Assembly (NCBI RefSeq): GCF_000406145.1
Contig: NZ_CM001976.1
Location: 2,042,161-2,074,160 of the forward strand
Reading direction: 5' to 3'
DNA length: 32,000 bases
DNA from: Dickeya dadantii NCPPB 898
Lineage (GTDB): Bacteria; Pseudomonadota; Gammaproteobacteria; Enterobacterales; Enterobacteriaceae
Shown: positions 17,846 through 28,294 of the stretch, piece after piece
Position numbering within the stretch: position 1 is the stretch's first letter
How the letters are laid out: every line of letters starts with the position of its first letter
Program-made: the position numbers and the translations under genes
Notes under the pieces: generated by a model
What the model was told of the DNA's origin: nothing
Databases searched by the model: none
Seen by the model: the letters and a program-made list of their open reading frames with translations, nothing else

Positions 17846-17886
17846 GCGCCGTCTCGTCGGTCGGCGTGAGGGAGACGAGACGGCGC
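17846..17886 (-). terminator. Strong hairpin immediately downstream of the ABC permease stop
   Basis: Perfect 13-bp inverted repeat 'gcgccgtctcgtc' (17846..17858) / 'gacgagacggcgc' (17874..17886) with a 15-nt loop. It starts 6 nt past the permease stop on the minus strand. No U-tract follows on the minus strand. Confidence 0.5.
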
Positions 17887-17891
17887 CGGCG

Positions 17892-18887
17892 TCAGCGTTT
17901 CTGGAAGTAGGTCATCGCCAGCGCCAGTGCCAGCACCAACCCTTTGATGATATCCATGGCGTAGTAGGGGACGGACAACATCACCAGACCGTTTTGCAAC
18001 ACGCCGAGGATCACCGCGCCGATCAGTGTTCCCAGCGCGTTGGGCTTGCCGGAACCCGCCAGCGAAAAGCCGATATAAGCGGCGGCGACCGCATCCATCA
18101 GATAACCTCCACCCGCATTGACCTGAGAAGAGCCGATGCGCGATGCCAGCAGGATGCCGCCCAGCGCCGCCAGCAACGAGGAGAGCAGATAGGCCAGCAC
18201 ACGGTAACGCGCGGTACGGATCCCGGCCAGTCGCGCCGCTTCCGGGTTGCCGCCAATCGCGTACATGCGTCGGCCGTGCTTGGTCAGCGACATATACAGC
18301 TGCACCAGCACCGTCACCACCAGCATGATCACCACAATCACCGGCACCTGTCCCAGCGTGGCGAACACCTCGGGGATCACGCCTTCCGCCATATCGCCGC
18401 TCGGCAGCAGCATATTCTGGGTGATGGAGCCGCCGTAGCTGTAGGTCATGGCGACGCCCTGAATCACGAACAGGCTGGCCAACGTCGCCAGCATGTCGGG
18501 AATGCGTAGCACCACGATCAGAAACGCATTGAACAGCCCTACCAGCAGGCATAGCGTCAGCGTCAGCGCGATGGCGGCGGTGGCGCCAAGCCCGTGCCAG
18601 ACAAACAGCGAAATCACCAGCGCGTTCGCCAGCGAGGCGGTCGACCCCACCGACAGGTCGAAGCCGTCAACCGACAGCGAAATGGAAACGGCTATCGCGA
18701 TCACCGTAACGATAGCGATGGAGCGCAGGATATTGATGATGTTGTTCGGATCGAGAAAATTGTCCGACGCCAGCCCGAACAGGGCGATCAGCGCCACGAC
18801 GGTAATCAGCATCCCCCATTTGTAGAACAGGTCAAACAGACGGTGATGAAAGGGCTGCGCCCCGTTGGATGCAAGTGGCTGACTCAC
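17892..18887 (-). CDS. Sugar ABC transporter permease (CUT2, RbsC/AraH-like)
   Basis: The track ORF (367 aa) has an Arg-rich N-terminal extension that overlaps the ATPase gene. I place the start at GTG 18887, preceded by 'ggaggaactcccgc' and overlapping the ATPase stop (GTGA), giving 331 aa. The protein is polytopic. 'RTARYRVLAYLLSSLLAALGGILLASRIGS' is typical of the RbsC-type family. Confidence 0.85.
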   Translation of the reverse strand: MSQPLASNGAQPFHHRLFDLFYKWGMLITVVALIALFGLASDNFLDPNNIINILRSIAIVTVIAIAVSISLSVDGFDLSVGSTASLANALVISLFVWHGLGATAAIALTLTLCLLVGLFNAFLIVVLRIPDMLATLASLFVIQGVAMTYSYGGSITQNMLLPSGDMAEGVIPEVFATLGQVPVIVVIMLVVTVLVQLYMSLTKHGRRMYAIGGNPEAARLAGIRTARYRVLAYLLSSLLAALGGILLASRIGSSQVNAGGGYLMDAVAAAYIGFSLAGSGKPNALGTLIGAVILGVLQNGLVMLSVPYYAMDIIKGLVLALALAMTYFQKR

Positions 18888-20395
18888 GCGGGAGTTCCTC
18901 CGGTTGAATAAAGTAACAACGTCTCTTCGTCGGCGTCGGCGCCGTCCAGTTCGGCGACGATACGCCCGTCCCACAGCACGCAGATTCGATCGCACAGGCC
19001 CACCAGTTCGGAGAACTCGCCGGAGGCGTAAATCACGCCTTTGCCCTGCTGCGCCAGGGAATCGATCAGGGTAAACAGATCCTGTTTGGCTTTGATATCC
19101 ACGCCTTTGGTGGGTTCATCCAGAATCAGCACCTGCACGTCGCTGCGCAGCCATTTACCGATCGCCACCTTTTGCTGATTACCGCCGGACAGACGGCGCA
19201 ATCGCTGCTGCGGCCCGCTGGTGCGGATGGTCAGCCGCTGGATCAGCTCGCGGGCCCAGGCCAGCGCCTGACCGTGCCCGAAAACGCCGTAGCGGGAAAA
19301 GCTGTCGCTGGCGCCGATGCTGAGATTCATGGTGACGGATTCGTCGATAAAAATGCCTTCTTTGCGCCGCTCTTCCGGCACCAGCGCAATACCCTGTCGT
19401 ACCGCGTCGGCCGGCGAGGTGGGGTGCCAGGGCCGGCCCTGATAGCGCCCGGATTCGATGCGGCTGCGGGCAGCGCCGAACAGCGCCTTGCACAGCTCGG
19501 TTTTGCCGGCGCCGGCAAGACCGGCGATGCCGAGAATCTCGCCCTGACGTAGCCGCAGCGAAATGTTGTGCAGTAGGGTGTCGTCATGCAGGCCGTCTAC
19601 CTGCAACAGGATGTCGTTGTCGAGATGTGGGCGGCGCGGCGGAAAAATATCATCCAGCCGGTGGCCCAGCATCCGCTCGACAATTTCTCCGCCGCTCAGC
19701 CCCTGCATCGGGCCGCTGCTGACAAATTGCCCGTCGCGCAGCACGGTCAGGGTGTCGCAGATGGCTTTCAGCTCGTGGATACGGTGCGAAATGAAGACGA
19801 CGCCGATACCGTCCTGCTGCAAACGACGCACTACCGCGAACAGCCGGGCGCTTTCTTCCTGATCGAGCGGAGCGGTGGGTTCGTCAAGAATCAGAAACCG
19901 GCAGCGGTGGGAGAGCGCGCGCGCCAGCAGGATTTGCTGTTTTTCCGCCAGCGAGCACCGCTCCAGCCGCTGGCGAACATTGATGCTGACCCCCAGTTGC
20001 GCCAGCAGCGCCTGCGCCTGCTGATAGAGCGCCGGCCAGTTGAGCACGTGGCCGCTTTCCGCCAGTTGATCCAGCATGATATTTTCCGCCACCGACAGCG
20101 TAGGCACCAGCGCGGCGTCCACTTCCTGCTGCACCAGATGAATACCGTGGCGTTTGGCGTCTCGGGGGGAATGAATTGCGACTTTTTCACCATCCAGCAG
20201 GATATCTCCGCTGTAATGGTCATAAGATCCAGAAAGAACCGCCATTAGCGTGGATTTTCCCGCACCGTTGGCGCCGGTCAACGCGTGGATAGAGCCGCCT
20301 TCCAGCGTGAAATTCACCTGTCTGAGCGCCGGGAATCCGGCAAAAGAGATGGAAATGTAGCGCATTTCCAGACGCGAACGCGGGTTTATGGACAT
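18884..20395 (-). CDS. Sugar ABC transporter ATP-binding protein (duplicated ABC domains, RbsA/MglA-like)
   Basis: Walker A motifs 'GANGAGKST' and 'GLAGAGKTE'. The second signature is 'LSGGNQQKV', and the Walker B motifs are 'LILDEPT' and 'LILDEPTKG'. The track start is TTG at 20407. I prefer ATG 20395 (MSINPRSRLEMRYISISF), giving 503 aa. Confidence 0.9.
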   Translation of the reverse strand: MSINPRSRLEMRYISISFAGFPALRQVNFTLEGGSIHALTGANGAGKSTLMAVLSGSYDHYSGDILLDGEKVAIHSPRDAKRHGIHLVQQEVDAALVPTLSVAENIMLDQLAESGHVLNWPALYQQAQALLAQLGVSINVRQRLERCSLAEKQQILLARALSHRCRFLILDEPTAPLDQEESARLFAVVRRLQQDGIGVVFISHRIHELKAICDTLTVLRDGQFVSSGPMQGLSGGEIVERMLGHRLDDIFPPRRPHLDNDILLQVDGLHDDTLLHNISLRLRQGEILGIAGLAGAGKTELCKALFGAARSRIESGRYQGRPWHPTSPADAVRQGIALVPEERRKEGIFIDESVTMNLSIGASDSFSRYGVFGHGQALAWARELIQRLTIRTSGPQQRLRRLSGGNQQKVAIGKWLRSDVQVLILDEPTKGVDIKAKQDLFTLIDSLAQQGKGVIYASGEFSELVGLCDRICVLWDGRIVAELDGADADEETLLLYSTGGTPA

Positions 20396-20728
20396 AATTG
20401 ACAACAACGGGTTCTTAACAGCGATAATGACGGGAACTTGACGTTGAAAAATATCATATTAACCGCAGAATGGCATGCCTGAATGGGTTGCCGGACGCCT
20501 CGGGGAAGAAATGAAAAAGCATAACTTAAGCAAAAACGTTATTAAGACCGACGCCGGTTATCCTTAACTATGGTTTTTCCGCGCAGAGTTCCAGATTAAA
20601 CAGAACATTATCCAGACCCAACATCATTCGAGGTGCGGCATAACCGGCTGGCGTGTTGAACAATGCACCGGCAACGTGAAGTATGGTGGGGATAGACAAA
20701 AATCGATTCAGACAGGAATGCATCCGTA

Positions 20729-21817
20729 ATGAGCACAACTGATATCCGGGTCCAGGTGGGACCGGCCAATTATTTTTCTTTTCCCGGGGCGATTGACAAA
20801 CTGAGCGAATTTTATCCGGACGAGGTGCTGGCCCGCGCGTTCTGGATACACGGCGAGCGGGCGCTGGCGGCGACGCGCGCTTATCTGCCGGCGGCGTTTT
20901 CTGCGCCGACGGCCCGGTCGGCCAGCTTCTCCGCGCATTGCAGCGAAAGCGAGATTGCACGCTTAACCGCAGCGGCGGGCGGTGACCGCTCCGTAGTGAT
21001 TGGCGTTGGCGGCGGCGCGGTACTGGACACCGCCAAGGTGGTGGCGCGACGTCTTGGCTTGCCGCTGGTGGCGATTCCGACCATTGCCGCGACCTGCGCC
21101 GCCTGGACGCCGCTCTCGGTCTGGTACAACGACGCCGGGCAGGCGCTACGGTTCGAGATTTTCAATGATGCCAACCATCTGGTGCTGGTGGAACCGCGTA
21201 TTCTGCTGGCGGCGCCGGTGGAGTACCTGCTGGCGGGGATCGGCGATACGCTGGCGAAATGGTATGAAGCGGTGGTGTTAAGCCCGCAGCCGGAAACTCT
21301 GTCGCTGACCGTGCGTCTGGGATTGCAAACCGCGCAGGATATTCGTGACGTGTTGCTGAACCAGAGCGAATCCGCGCTGAAAGCGGCGCGTAATGCCACA
21401 CTGAACCAGGATTTTCTGGATGTTGTCGACGCGATTATCGCCGGCGGCGGTATGGTGGGCGGGTTGGGCGAGCGTTACACCCGGGTGGCGGCGGCGCATG
21501 CGGTGCACAACGGTTTGACGGTGCTGCCGCAGACGGCGCATTTTCTGCATGGCACCAAAGTGGCTTACGGCATTCTGGTGCAGTGCGCGCTGCTGGGGCA
21601 AACCGAGGCGTTGCGTCAGTTGAAAGTGGCGTTTCGGGTGTTCGGGTTACCGGTGTCGCTGGCCGAGTTGGATGTGGATATTACCGATGAGACGGCGTTG
21701 CGAGCGGTTATCGCCCGGACGTTACAGGCTGGCGAATCCATTCATTATCTGCCCGGCCCGCTGGACGCTGATACGCTGCTGACCGCGTTTCGGACGGTGG
21801 AACTGGCGAACGGCTAA
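20729..21817 (+). CDS. ybdH: Iron-containing (group III) alcohol dehydrogenase family, YbdH/HcxA-like hydroxycarboxylate dehydrogenase
   Basis: 362 aa. IRVQVGPANYFSFPG...DRSVVIGVGGGAVLDTAKVVARRLGLPLVAIPTIAATCAAWTPLSVWYNDAGQAL...LLAGIGDTLAKWYEAVVLSPQPETL...AAHAVHNGLTVLPQT..FLHGTKVAYGILVQ matches my recollection of E. coli YbdH nearly end to end. Confidence 0.85.
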   Translation: MSTTDIRVQVGPANYFSFPGAIDKLSEFYPDEVLARAFWIHGERALAATRAYLPAAFSAPTARSASFSAHCSESEIARLTAAAGGDRSVVIGVGGGAVLDTAKVVARRLGLPLVAIPTIAATCAAWTPLSVWYNDAGQALRFEIFNDANHLVLVEPRILLAAPVEYLLAGIGDTLAKWYEAVVLSPQPETLSLTVRLGLQTAQDIRDVLLNQSESALKAARNATLNQDFLDVVDAIIAGGGMVGGLGERYTRVAAAHAVHNGLTVLPQTAHFLHGTKVAYGILVQCALLGQTEALRQLKVAFRVFGLPVSLAELDVDITDETALRAVIARTLQAGESIHYLPGPLDADTLLTAFRTVELANG

Positions 21818-21823
21818 TGAAAC

Positions 21824-21852
21824 GACGGGGCGGTTTTTTAAACCGCCCCGTC
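21824..21852. terminator. Hairpin terminator between convergent genes
   Basis: 11-bp stem 'gacggggcggt' / 'accgccccgtc' around a T/A-rich loop ('tttttaa'). Confidence 0.6.
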
Positions 21853-21865
21853 ATGACGGGCTAGG

Positions 21866-22078
21866 TTATTGCAGTTTGTCATACGGAAAGGAATTCCTGA
21901 TGTAACGGGCGTAATAACGCGCTTTGGCGTTGGAGGCCATCAACTCCTCGTAAATCATTCGTGCTACGTTTCTGTACCGATACAAACTTCCGTTCAGTAA
22001 TTCTACTTCTAATGTGCTGGTTTCCGCATCGTAACCTACGGCGAACAGCTCGGTGGAAGATACACGCTTGCGTTGCAA
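21866..22078 (-). CDS. KTSC domain-containing protein
   Basis: 70 aa. 'VSSTELFAVGYDAETSTLEVELLNGSLYRYRNVARMIYEELMASNAKARYYARYIRNSFPY' follows the KTSC-domain pattern (S..i..vgYd....L.V.f..G..Y.Y..V....y..l..a.S.G.y....Ir). Confidence 0.72.
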   Translation of the reverse strand: MQRKRVSSTELFAVGYDAETSTLEVELLNGSLYRYRNVARMIYEELMASNAKARYYARYIRNSFPYDKLQ

Positions 22079-22407
22079 AACAAATTGCTCCCTGTGTTAA
22101 TGGTTGCGATGTAACGGCAATGTTACTTGCTGTGCTTTTTTGGTCAATGTCGACACCAGAGGGCCGAAAAATCGTCAGCGAAACAGACGAAAGAATGCAA
22201 GAAAATCTTATTATTTCCCTATTTCATCTGCACATCGGCAGATGGTGCCACGGTTGCAGGAATCCATCCGTCAGTCAATGATTGGTCGTCAGGATAGATT
22301 CCCGTTTTGGCGGCGATCACGTTTTTAATGTCATACCGGCACATTGACGATGATTCAATCTGAACCGTCGGTTGTGCCGGGTTTATCGCATTATTAAACA
22401 ACTCCGA

Positions 22408-23273
22408 TCAGTTCGACTGCAAGTGCTTTGCATGAAAACGCAGATGATCTTCGATGAAGCTGGCGATGAAGTAGTAGCTGTGGTCATAACCCGGCTGAAT
22501 ACGCAGCGTCAGCGGCCATTGCCGCGCGCTGGCGACGGCTTCCAACTGATCGGGCTGCAGCTGGACGGGCAGGAAGCTGTCGCCGTCTCCCTGATCGATT
22601 AACGTCGGCAGCGGCGCGTCGCTGTGAGCGAGCAGGTGGCAACTGTCGTACTGCAACCACTGCTGCCGGTCGTCGCCCAGATAGGCGCTGAAGGCTTTCT
22701 GCCCCCAGGGCACCTGTGACGGGTTGACGATCGGCGCAAAGGCCGACACCGAACAGAAACGCCCCGGATGACGCAGCGCCAGCATCAGCGCGCCGTGTCC
22801 GCCCATCGAATGACCGCTGATGGACACCCGATCGCTGGAGCTGACGTGCTGGCGTACCAGCGCCGGCAGTTCGTCGCTGATATAGTCGAACATTCGGAAA
22901 TGCCGGTTCCAGGGCGCTTGCGTGGCGTTGACATAAAAGCCCGCGCCTTTGCCCAGGTCGTACTGGGCGTCGTCCGGCACGTCATCGCCGCGCGGGCTGG
23001 TGTCCGGCATCACCAGCGCCAGCCCCAGTTCCGCCGCCACCCGCTGGGCACCGGATTTGATGGTAAAATTCTCGTCGTTGCAGGTCAGCCCCGACAGCCA
23101 GTACAGCACCGGCGGCGGAGCCTCCCCGGCGAGGGGAGGGTAAAACACGCTGAAGGTCATGTCGCTATTCAGCGTGGCGGAGGCATGGCGATAGCGCCGC
23201 TGCCAGCCGCCGAACAACCGGTGTTCTTCCAGTAATTCCAGTGACGCGGTCATGGTGTGCGGATTTCCTGTCA

Positions 23274-23274
<1 letters not shown>
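22408..23274 (-). CDS. frmB: S-formylglutathione hydrolase
   Basis: 288 aa. [10 protein letters not shown]...[15 protein letters not shown]...MPDTSPRG...[13 protein letters not shown]...[12 protein letters not shown]...[21 protein letters not shown] is collinear with E. coli FrmB/YeiG (esterase D family, GHSMGG nucleophile). The ATG shares one base with the frmA stop. An alternative ATG lies at 23253. Confidence 0.92.
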
Positions 23275-24410
<1,136 letters not shown>

Positions 24411-24426
24411 TCATATTCATAGTGGC

Positions 24427-24454
24427 GCAGCCGCCGGAATGACGCGGCGGCTGC
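24427..24454 (-). other. Perfect 10-bp G/C hairpin between the LysR gene and frmA
   Basis: 'gcagccgccg' (24427..24436) / 'cggcggctgc' (24445..24454) with an 8-nt loop. No U-tract follows. It may be an attenuator, an RNA-stability element or an operator. Confidence 0.4.
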
Positions 24455-24498
24455 CAGGGATAATGCGGCATTGACATCGAATGCCGACAGGGAATGCA

Positions 24499-25362
24499 TC
24501 AGACGCCGAGTTCAATCATCAGTTTTTTCAGCGCCTCGACATTGGGACCGAAGGCGTCCCGCCGCCAGATAAGCCAGGTGCTGACCGAGGCGATATCGGT
24601 CGGCAGGTGATGGACCTGGACCTGCTGGCCGGCAGGCAGGGCTTCCAGTACGCTGAGCGGCACCATCGCTACGCCGCTGCCGCCGGCCACGCCCGCCAGC
24701 AGGGCGCTATACGACGGCATATCTACTACGGCGGCGGGGGAGATGCCCTGTCCGCGAAACCAGCCTTCCAGCCGCTGGCGGTAGCCGCAGCCGGACGCGA
24801 AGGCCAGCAACGGCAGGTGGCGCACCTGCGACGCTTGAGAAACCGGCGGTATGCCGGCGGCGGTAATCAGCGCCAGCTGCTGTGAAAAGACCCGGCAGCT
24901 GTTGATGGCGTCATGATTAATCGGCCCGGTCACCAGCGCTGCCGCCAGTTCGCCGGCGTTCACGGCATCCAGCAGCGCGTTGCAGGTGTCGCCGCGCAAC
25001 GCTAACTGAACCTGCGGATAGCGGCGGTGGTACAGCGCCAGCAGAGTGGGCAACGAAGCGATCAGCAGGCTCTCCACCGCCCCTAACGTGAACAGGCCGG
25101 CCGGTTCGCTGGTGTGCGCCATCGCCAGCGCTTCATCGCTCAACGCCAGAATACGCTGGGCGTAGCACAGGAAATTATGGCCTGCGGGTGAAAGGCGAAC
25201 GCGCTGGCGCTCACGAATAAACAGATCGGTACCCAATTCCTGCTCCAACTGACGCAGCCGGGTGGTGAGGTTGGAAGGCACGCGGCCAAGCTGCGCGGCC
25301 GCGCGCACCAGTGAGCCGGTTTCCGCCACCAGACAGAACATACGCAGTTGGGTCAGGTCCAT
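24499..25362 (-). CDS. LysR-family transcriptional regulator
   Basis: 287 aa. The N-terminal wHTH reads 'MDLTQLRMFCLVAETGSLVRAAAQLGRVPSNLTTRLRQLEQELGTDLFIRERQRVRLSPAG', followed by a LysR substrate-binding domain. It is co-directional with and immediately upstream of frmA-frmB. Confidence 0.85.
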   Translation of the reverse strand: MDLTQLRMFCLVAETGSLVRAAAQLGRVPSNLTTRLRQLEQELGTDLFIRERQRVRLSPAGHNFLCYAQRILALSDEALAMAHTSEPAGLFTLGAVESLLIASLPTLLALYHRRYPQVQLALRGDTCNALLDAVNAGELAAALVTGPINHDAINSCRVFSQQLALITAAGIPPVSQASQVRHLPLLAFASGCGYRQRLEGWFRGQGISPAAVVDMPSYSALLAGVAGGSGVAMVPLSVLEALPAGQQVQVHHLPTDIASVSTWLIWRRDAFGPNVEALKKLMIELGV

Positions 25363-26014
25363 ATATTCTCTTTAAGTGAATAACTTTTGTTGAGTTGTTT
25401 ATTTATGGTGAGTGTAACGGTTGTATCTGCTACTGGCAACCCGGTTGTTTATCCGTTCGCTGGCCGTCAGGAATGGGGCGGAAAGACGTACAGCGACATC
25501 ACCGTGCCGGATACGGCCTGATGGGTATCATCGGTAGTGAAAATCAGGTGATAATAGTTATATTGAAAGCCAATATTTGGCTATCAGGTTATATCTATAA
25601 AATGTCGGGCGTACGTCGACGGCTGTTTTTATTTTTTGTGACATTTAAATCAGCCGTCGGGTAATAGCGCGGCTTTTTTTTTATCGTTAAGTAAGGATAA
25701 GATGGCATTCGGGTTTTGGCACGGAGCCTGCTTAATTCTTCTTTTTTCTTTGCGACATCCTATGGACAACACAGACGGTCATTACTGACCGATCTCCTAC
25801 CCGTTATACCCGCCGTGCTTCAATTGCGGATGCGCTGGTCGCTTTCATTGATTTCCGTCTCTTACCGGTGTAAGCGACCGGGATTCAGTGGATTGCAGCT
25901 TGCACACGACTTGAATTATTTAGGGTAAATAGCTTGATGCATCCTGGCGCCATCGCGTTTTACTGTGCCGTGGATGAAACATTATTCAAATCAGACTCAT
26001 ACTATCTGGATATC

Positions 26015-27643
26015 ATGATGCGCATTTTAAAAAATATCACCATCAGGGCCATGCTGTTGATCATACTCACCGGATTCACCTTAATCTGGGGTGTCAGCGC
26101 GATTACTACTATCGTGTCATTAAATAAAGTCGAGTCCTTATTGGACACCAATCAGACCGAGAAAAAAAATTACACTATTCTGTCCAACGGCCGGGAAGCC
26201 TTTACCCAGTCCATCGCGCTGATTAATCGCAGTACGTTATTCCAGCAGCGGGGGGATAGCGCTCAGGCTCAGGCGCTGTTGCAAAAAGTACAAGGTAATC
26301 TCGACAACACCCGCACCTTGCTGACGGCTTTCCGCGCCGCCGGCCATGACGGCATCAATGCCACACTGGCGGGGCAAATCGCCGACTCGTGGGATAACGC
26401 CATTTCCCAGGCGCTGATGCCGATGCTGAACGCCAGCCGCGCCGGCCGTTTCGATGAATACCAGCATTTTTACCTGGACGTTTACCCCGCACTGGCGCAG
26501 GCGTTTGGCAACAACGTGGCGCAGTACGGTGAAGCGATACAGGCCGACGACTCATTGACCCGGGCGAATCGCCTGGCCTCTATTAGCCGGGATGTGCTGA
26601 GCGTCGCCTTGATTCTGGGGGTGTTGGCGTTGCTTCTGTGCGATCGCTATCTGGTCAACTATCTGGTTAAACCGGTCGGGGATATCAAACGTCATCTGAC
26701 TGCCCTGACGGAAGGGCGCCTTGGCGCGGATCTACAAGAATTCGGTCGCAACTGCGTCGGGCAGTTGATCCCCTATATCCGACAGATGCAAAGCAACCTG
26801 CGCGATACCGTGAGCGTGATCCGCGATAGCTCGGCGGCGTTGCATGTCGGTGCGAGCGAGATTAGAAGCGGCAACGACGAGCTGGCCAGCCGGACGGAAG
26901 AACAGGCGGCGGCGTTGCAACAGACGGCCGCCAGCATGGAGCAGTTGAGCGCGACCGTGACTCAGAACGCGGATAACCTTAAGCAGGCGAGCAAACTGGC
27001 GCAGGAAGCGACCGAGCGTGCGCTTAGCGGCGGCGAAGTGGGTAAATCGCTGGAGTCGATGATGAAGGGGATTTCTGACAGTTCACGTCAAATCAACGAC
27101 ATTATTACCCTGATTAACGGTATTGCGTTCCAGACCAATATCCTGGCCTTGAACGCGGCGGTGGAAGCGGCGCGTGCCGGTGAGGCCGGACGTGGCTTTG
27201 CCGTAGTAGCGGGCGAAGTGCGTAATCTGGCTCAGCGCAGCGCTCAGGCCGCCAAAGATATCAGCGCATTGATCGGCGATTCCGTTCAGCGCGTTGAAGC
27301 GGGATCCATCCAATTGGAGCAGGCCGGCGCGGCAATGGGCGATATTATTAACAGCATCATGAGCGTGGATGCGTTGATCCGCGATATCGCGTCGGCGTCT
27401 GAAGAGCAAAAGCACGGCATCATGCAGGTGGGCCAGGCCGTGACGGAAATGGACAGCGTGACCCAGCAGAATGCGGCGCTGGTGGAAGAAGCGGCATCAT
27501 CGGCGGCATCACTGGAGTCTCAGGCCCGACAACTAGCGGACGCCGTCACCGTGTTCAGCCTGTCGGAGGAGGAGCACCGGTATTCCGCCAACAGCATGCT
27601 GCCTGCGTCACGACTGGCATTGGGCGCAGCAGCATCCCGCTGA
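26015..27643 (+). CDS. Methyl-accepting chemotaxis protein 1 (Tar-like four-helix-bundle sensor, HAMP, signalling domain)
   Basis: The track ORF starts at TTG 25934. By alignment with the two downstream paralogs ([11 protein letters not shown] / [11 protein letters not shown]) the start is [14 protein letters not shown] at 26015 or 26018. The signalling hairpin is canonical: '[40 protein letters not shown]'. The protein ends ...ALGAAASR with no NWETF-type pentapeptide. Confidence 0.88.
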   Translation: MMRILKNITIRAMLLIILTGFTLIWGVSAITTIVSLNKVESLLDTNQTEKKNYTILSNGREAFTQSIALINRSTLFQQRGDSAQAQALLQKVQGNLDNTRTLLTAFRAAGHDGINATLAGQIADSWDNAISQALMPMLNASRAGRFDEYQHFYLDVYPALAQAFGNNVAQYGEAIQADDSLTRANRLASISRDVLSVALILGVLALLLCDRYLVNYLVKPVGDIKRHLTALTEGRLGADLQEFGRNCVGQLIPYIRQMQSNLRDTVSVIRDSSAALHVGASEIRSGNDELASRTEEQAAALQQTAASMEQLSATVTQNADNLKQASKLAQEATERALSGGEVGKSLESMMKGISDSSRQINDIITLINGIAFQTNILALNAAVEAARAGEAGRGFAVVAGEVRNLAQRSAQAAKDISALIGDSVQRVEAGSIQLEQAGAAMGDIINSIMSVDALIRDIASASEEQKHGIMQVGQAVTEMDSVTQQNAALVEEAASSAASLESQARQLADAVTVFSLSEEEHRYSANSMLPASRLALGAAASR

Positions 27644-27696
27644 GATTAATTGCCGTGTCGTGAACGACGCGATTGCGCTTTCACCCATCGCATAAT

Positions 27697-27730
27697 AAAA
27701 ACCACCGGTTTCGTTACCGGTGGTTTTTTT
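27697..27730 (+). terminator. Rho-independent terminator of MCP1
   Basis: 9-bp stem 'accaccggt' / 'accggtggt' with a 6-nt loop and a 7-T run, preceded by an A-run. Confidence 0.85.
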
Positions 27731-28294
27731 ATCGCTGGCACACCTGAACTATGTCCCTGCCATATTGCGGGTCGTCGGCGCGACGACTGGCCCTCTCTGC
27801 TTGCTCTTACAGCATCACGGCACGTTCGCTTATGGCTTTCCTGTCACTCGCATAATTTAGGTTATAACGATGGCAGTGATAGATATTATTAATGAAGGGG
27901 AAATAACCAGTAATATTAAAGGGAAATCGTATGCGTATTTTATAATGTGATCGATGACGGTATTGTATTTTTAAATTTAAGGCTCGCTTAATTTTCTCTG
28001 AGTAATCTTTGAAATGAAGATTGTCGGGCTCTCGGGTTATTTTTCTGAGCAACGAGAACGGTAAGTTGAAGTGCTATTCCATTTGTTTAATTGGCAATAG
28101 TTTATACCGGAAAGATTAGTGCCGTGACTGATTTTCAGTACAGCTTTACCGGTTTGACCAGGGTTTTTCTTGTCACGATGCGAAGATAAGTAAGCAGCGG
28201 TAAATAATACCTCTGATTACATAGGTGACAACCAACGCAGGTGACTATGATTAATAGTCGTGCCATGCACGCAGAAAATGATTCGGAGCCTGTT

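Noticed and set aside
12160-17891. Search for integrase, transposase, IS ends, tRNA attachment sites or flanking direct repeats around the tetronate island
   Set aside because: I found none by eye, so the island cannot be called a mobile element. It is reported only as compositionally atypical.
17494-18552. 352-aa reverse-strand ORF bridging the end of the island, the intergenic hairpins and the ABC permease
   Set aside because: It lies in a different frame from the clearly membrane-protein-like permease and is Arg/Gly/Ala/Pro-rich. It would have to read through two strong hairpins, so I judge it spurious. The plus-strand ORF 17793..18509 is rejected for the same reasons.
22219-22401. 60-aa reverse ORF directly downstream of frmB
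   Set aside because: The track start is a TTG that abuts the 'ggag' with zero spacing, and the first in-frame ATG has no SD. I recognise no domain. It might be a small protein, but the sequence alone does not support calling it.
27976-28010. Possible sigma-28 (FliA) promoters in the conserved block upstream of MCP2 (and at 30164..30200 upstream of MCP3)
   Set aside because: The conserved block 'ttaaggctc[g/a]cttaattttc' gives a TAAG-N15 spacing. However, the downstream octamers ('tctgagta' and 'aatcggta') match GCCGATAA poorly (4/8 or fewer). The block is conserved and probably regulatory, but I cannot assign it to a sigma factor.
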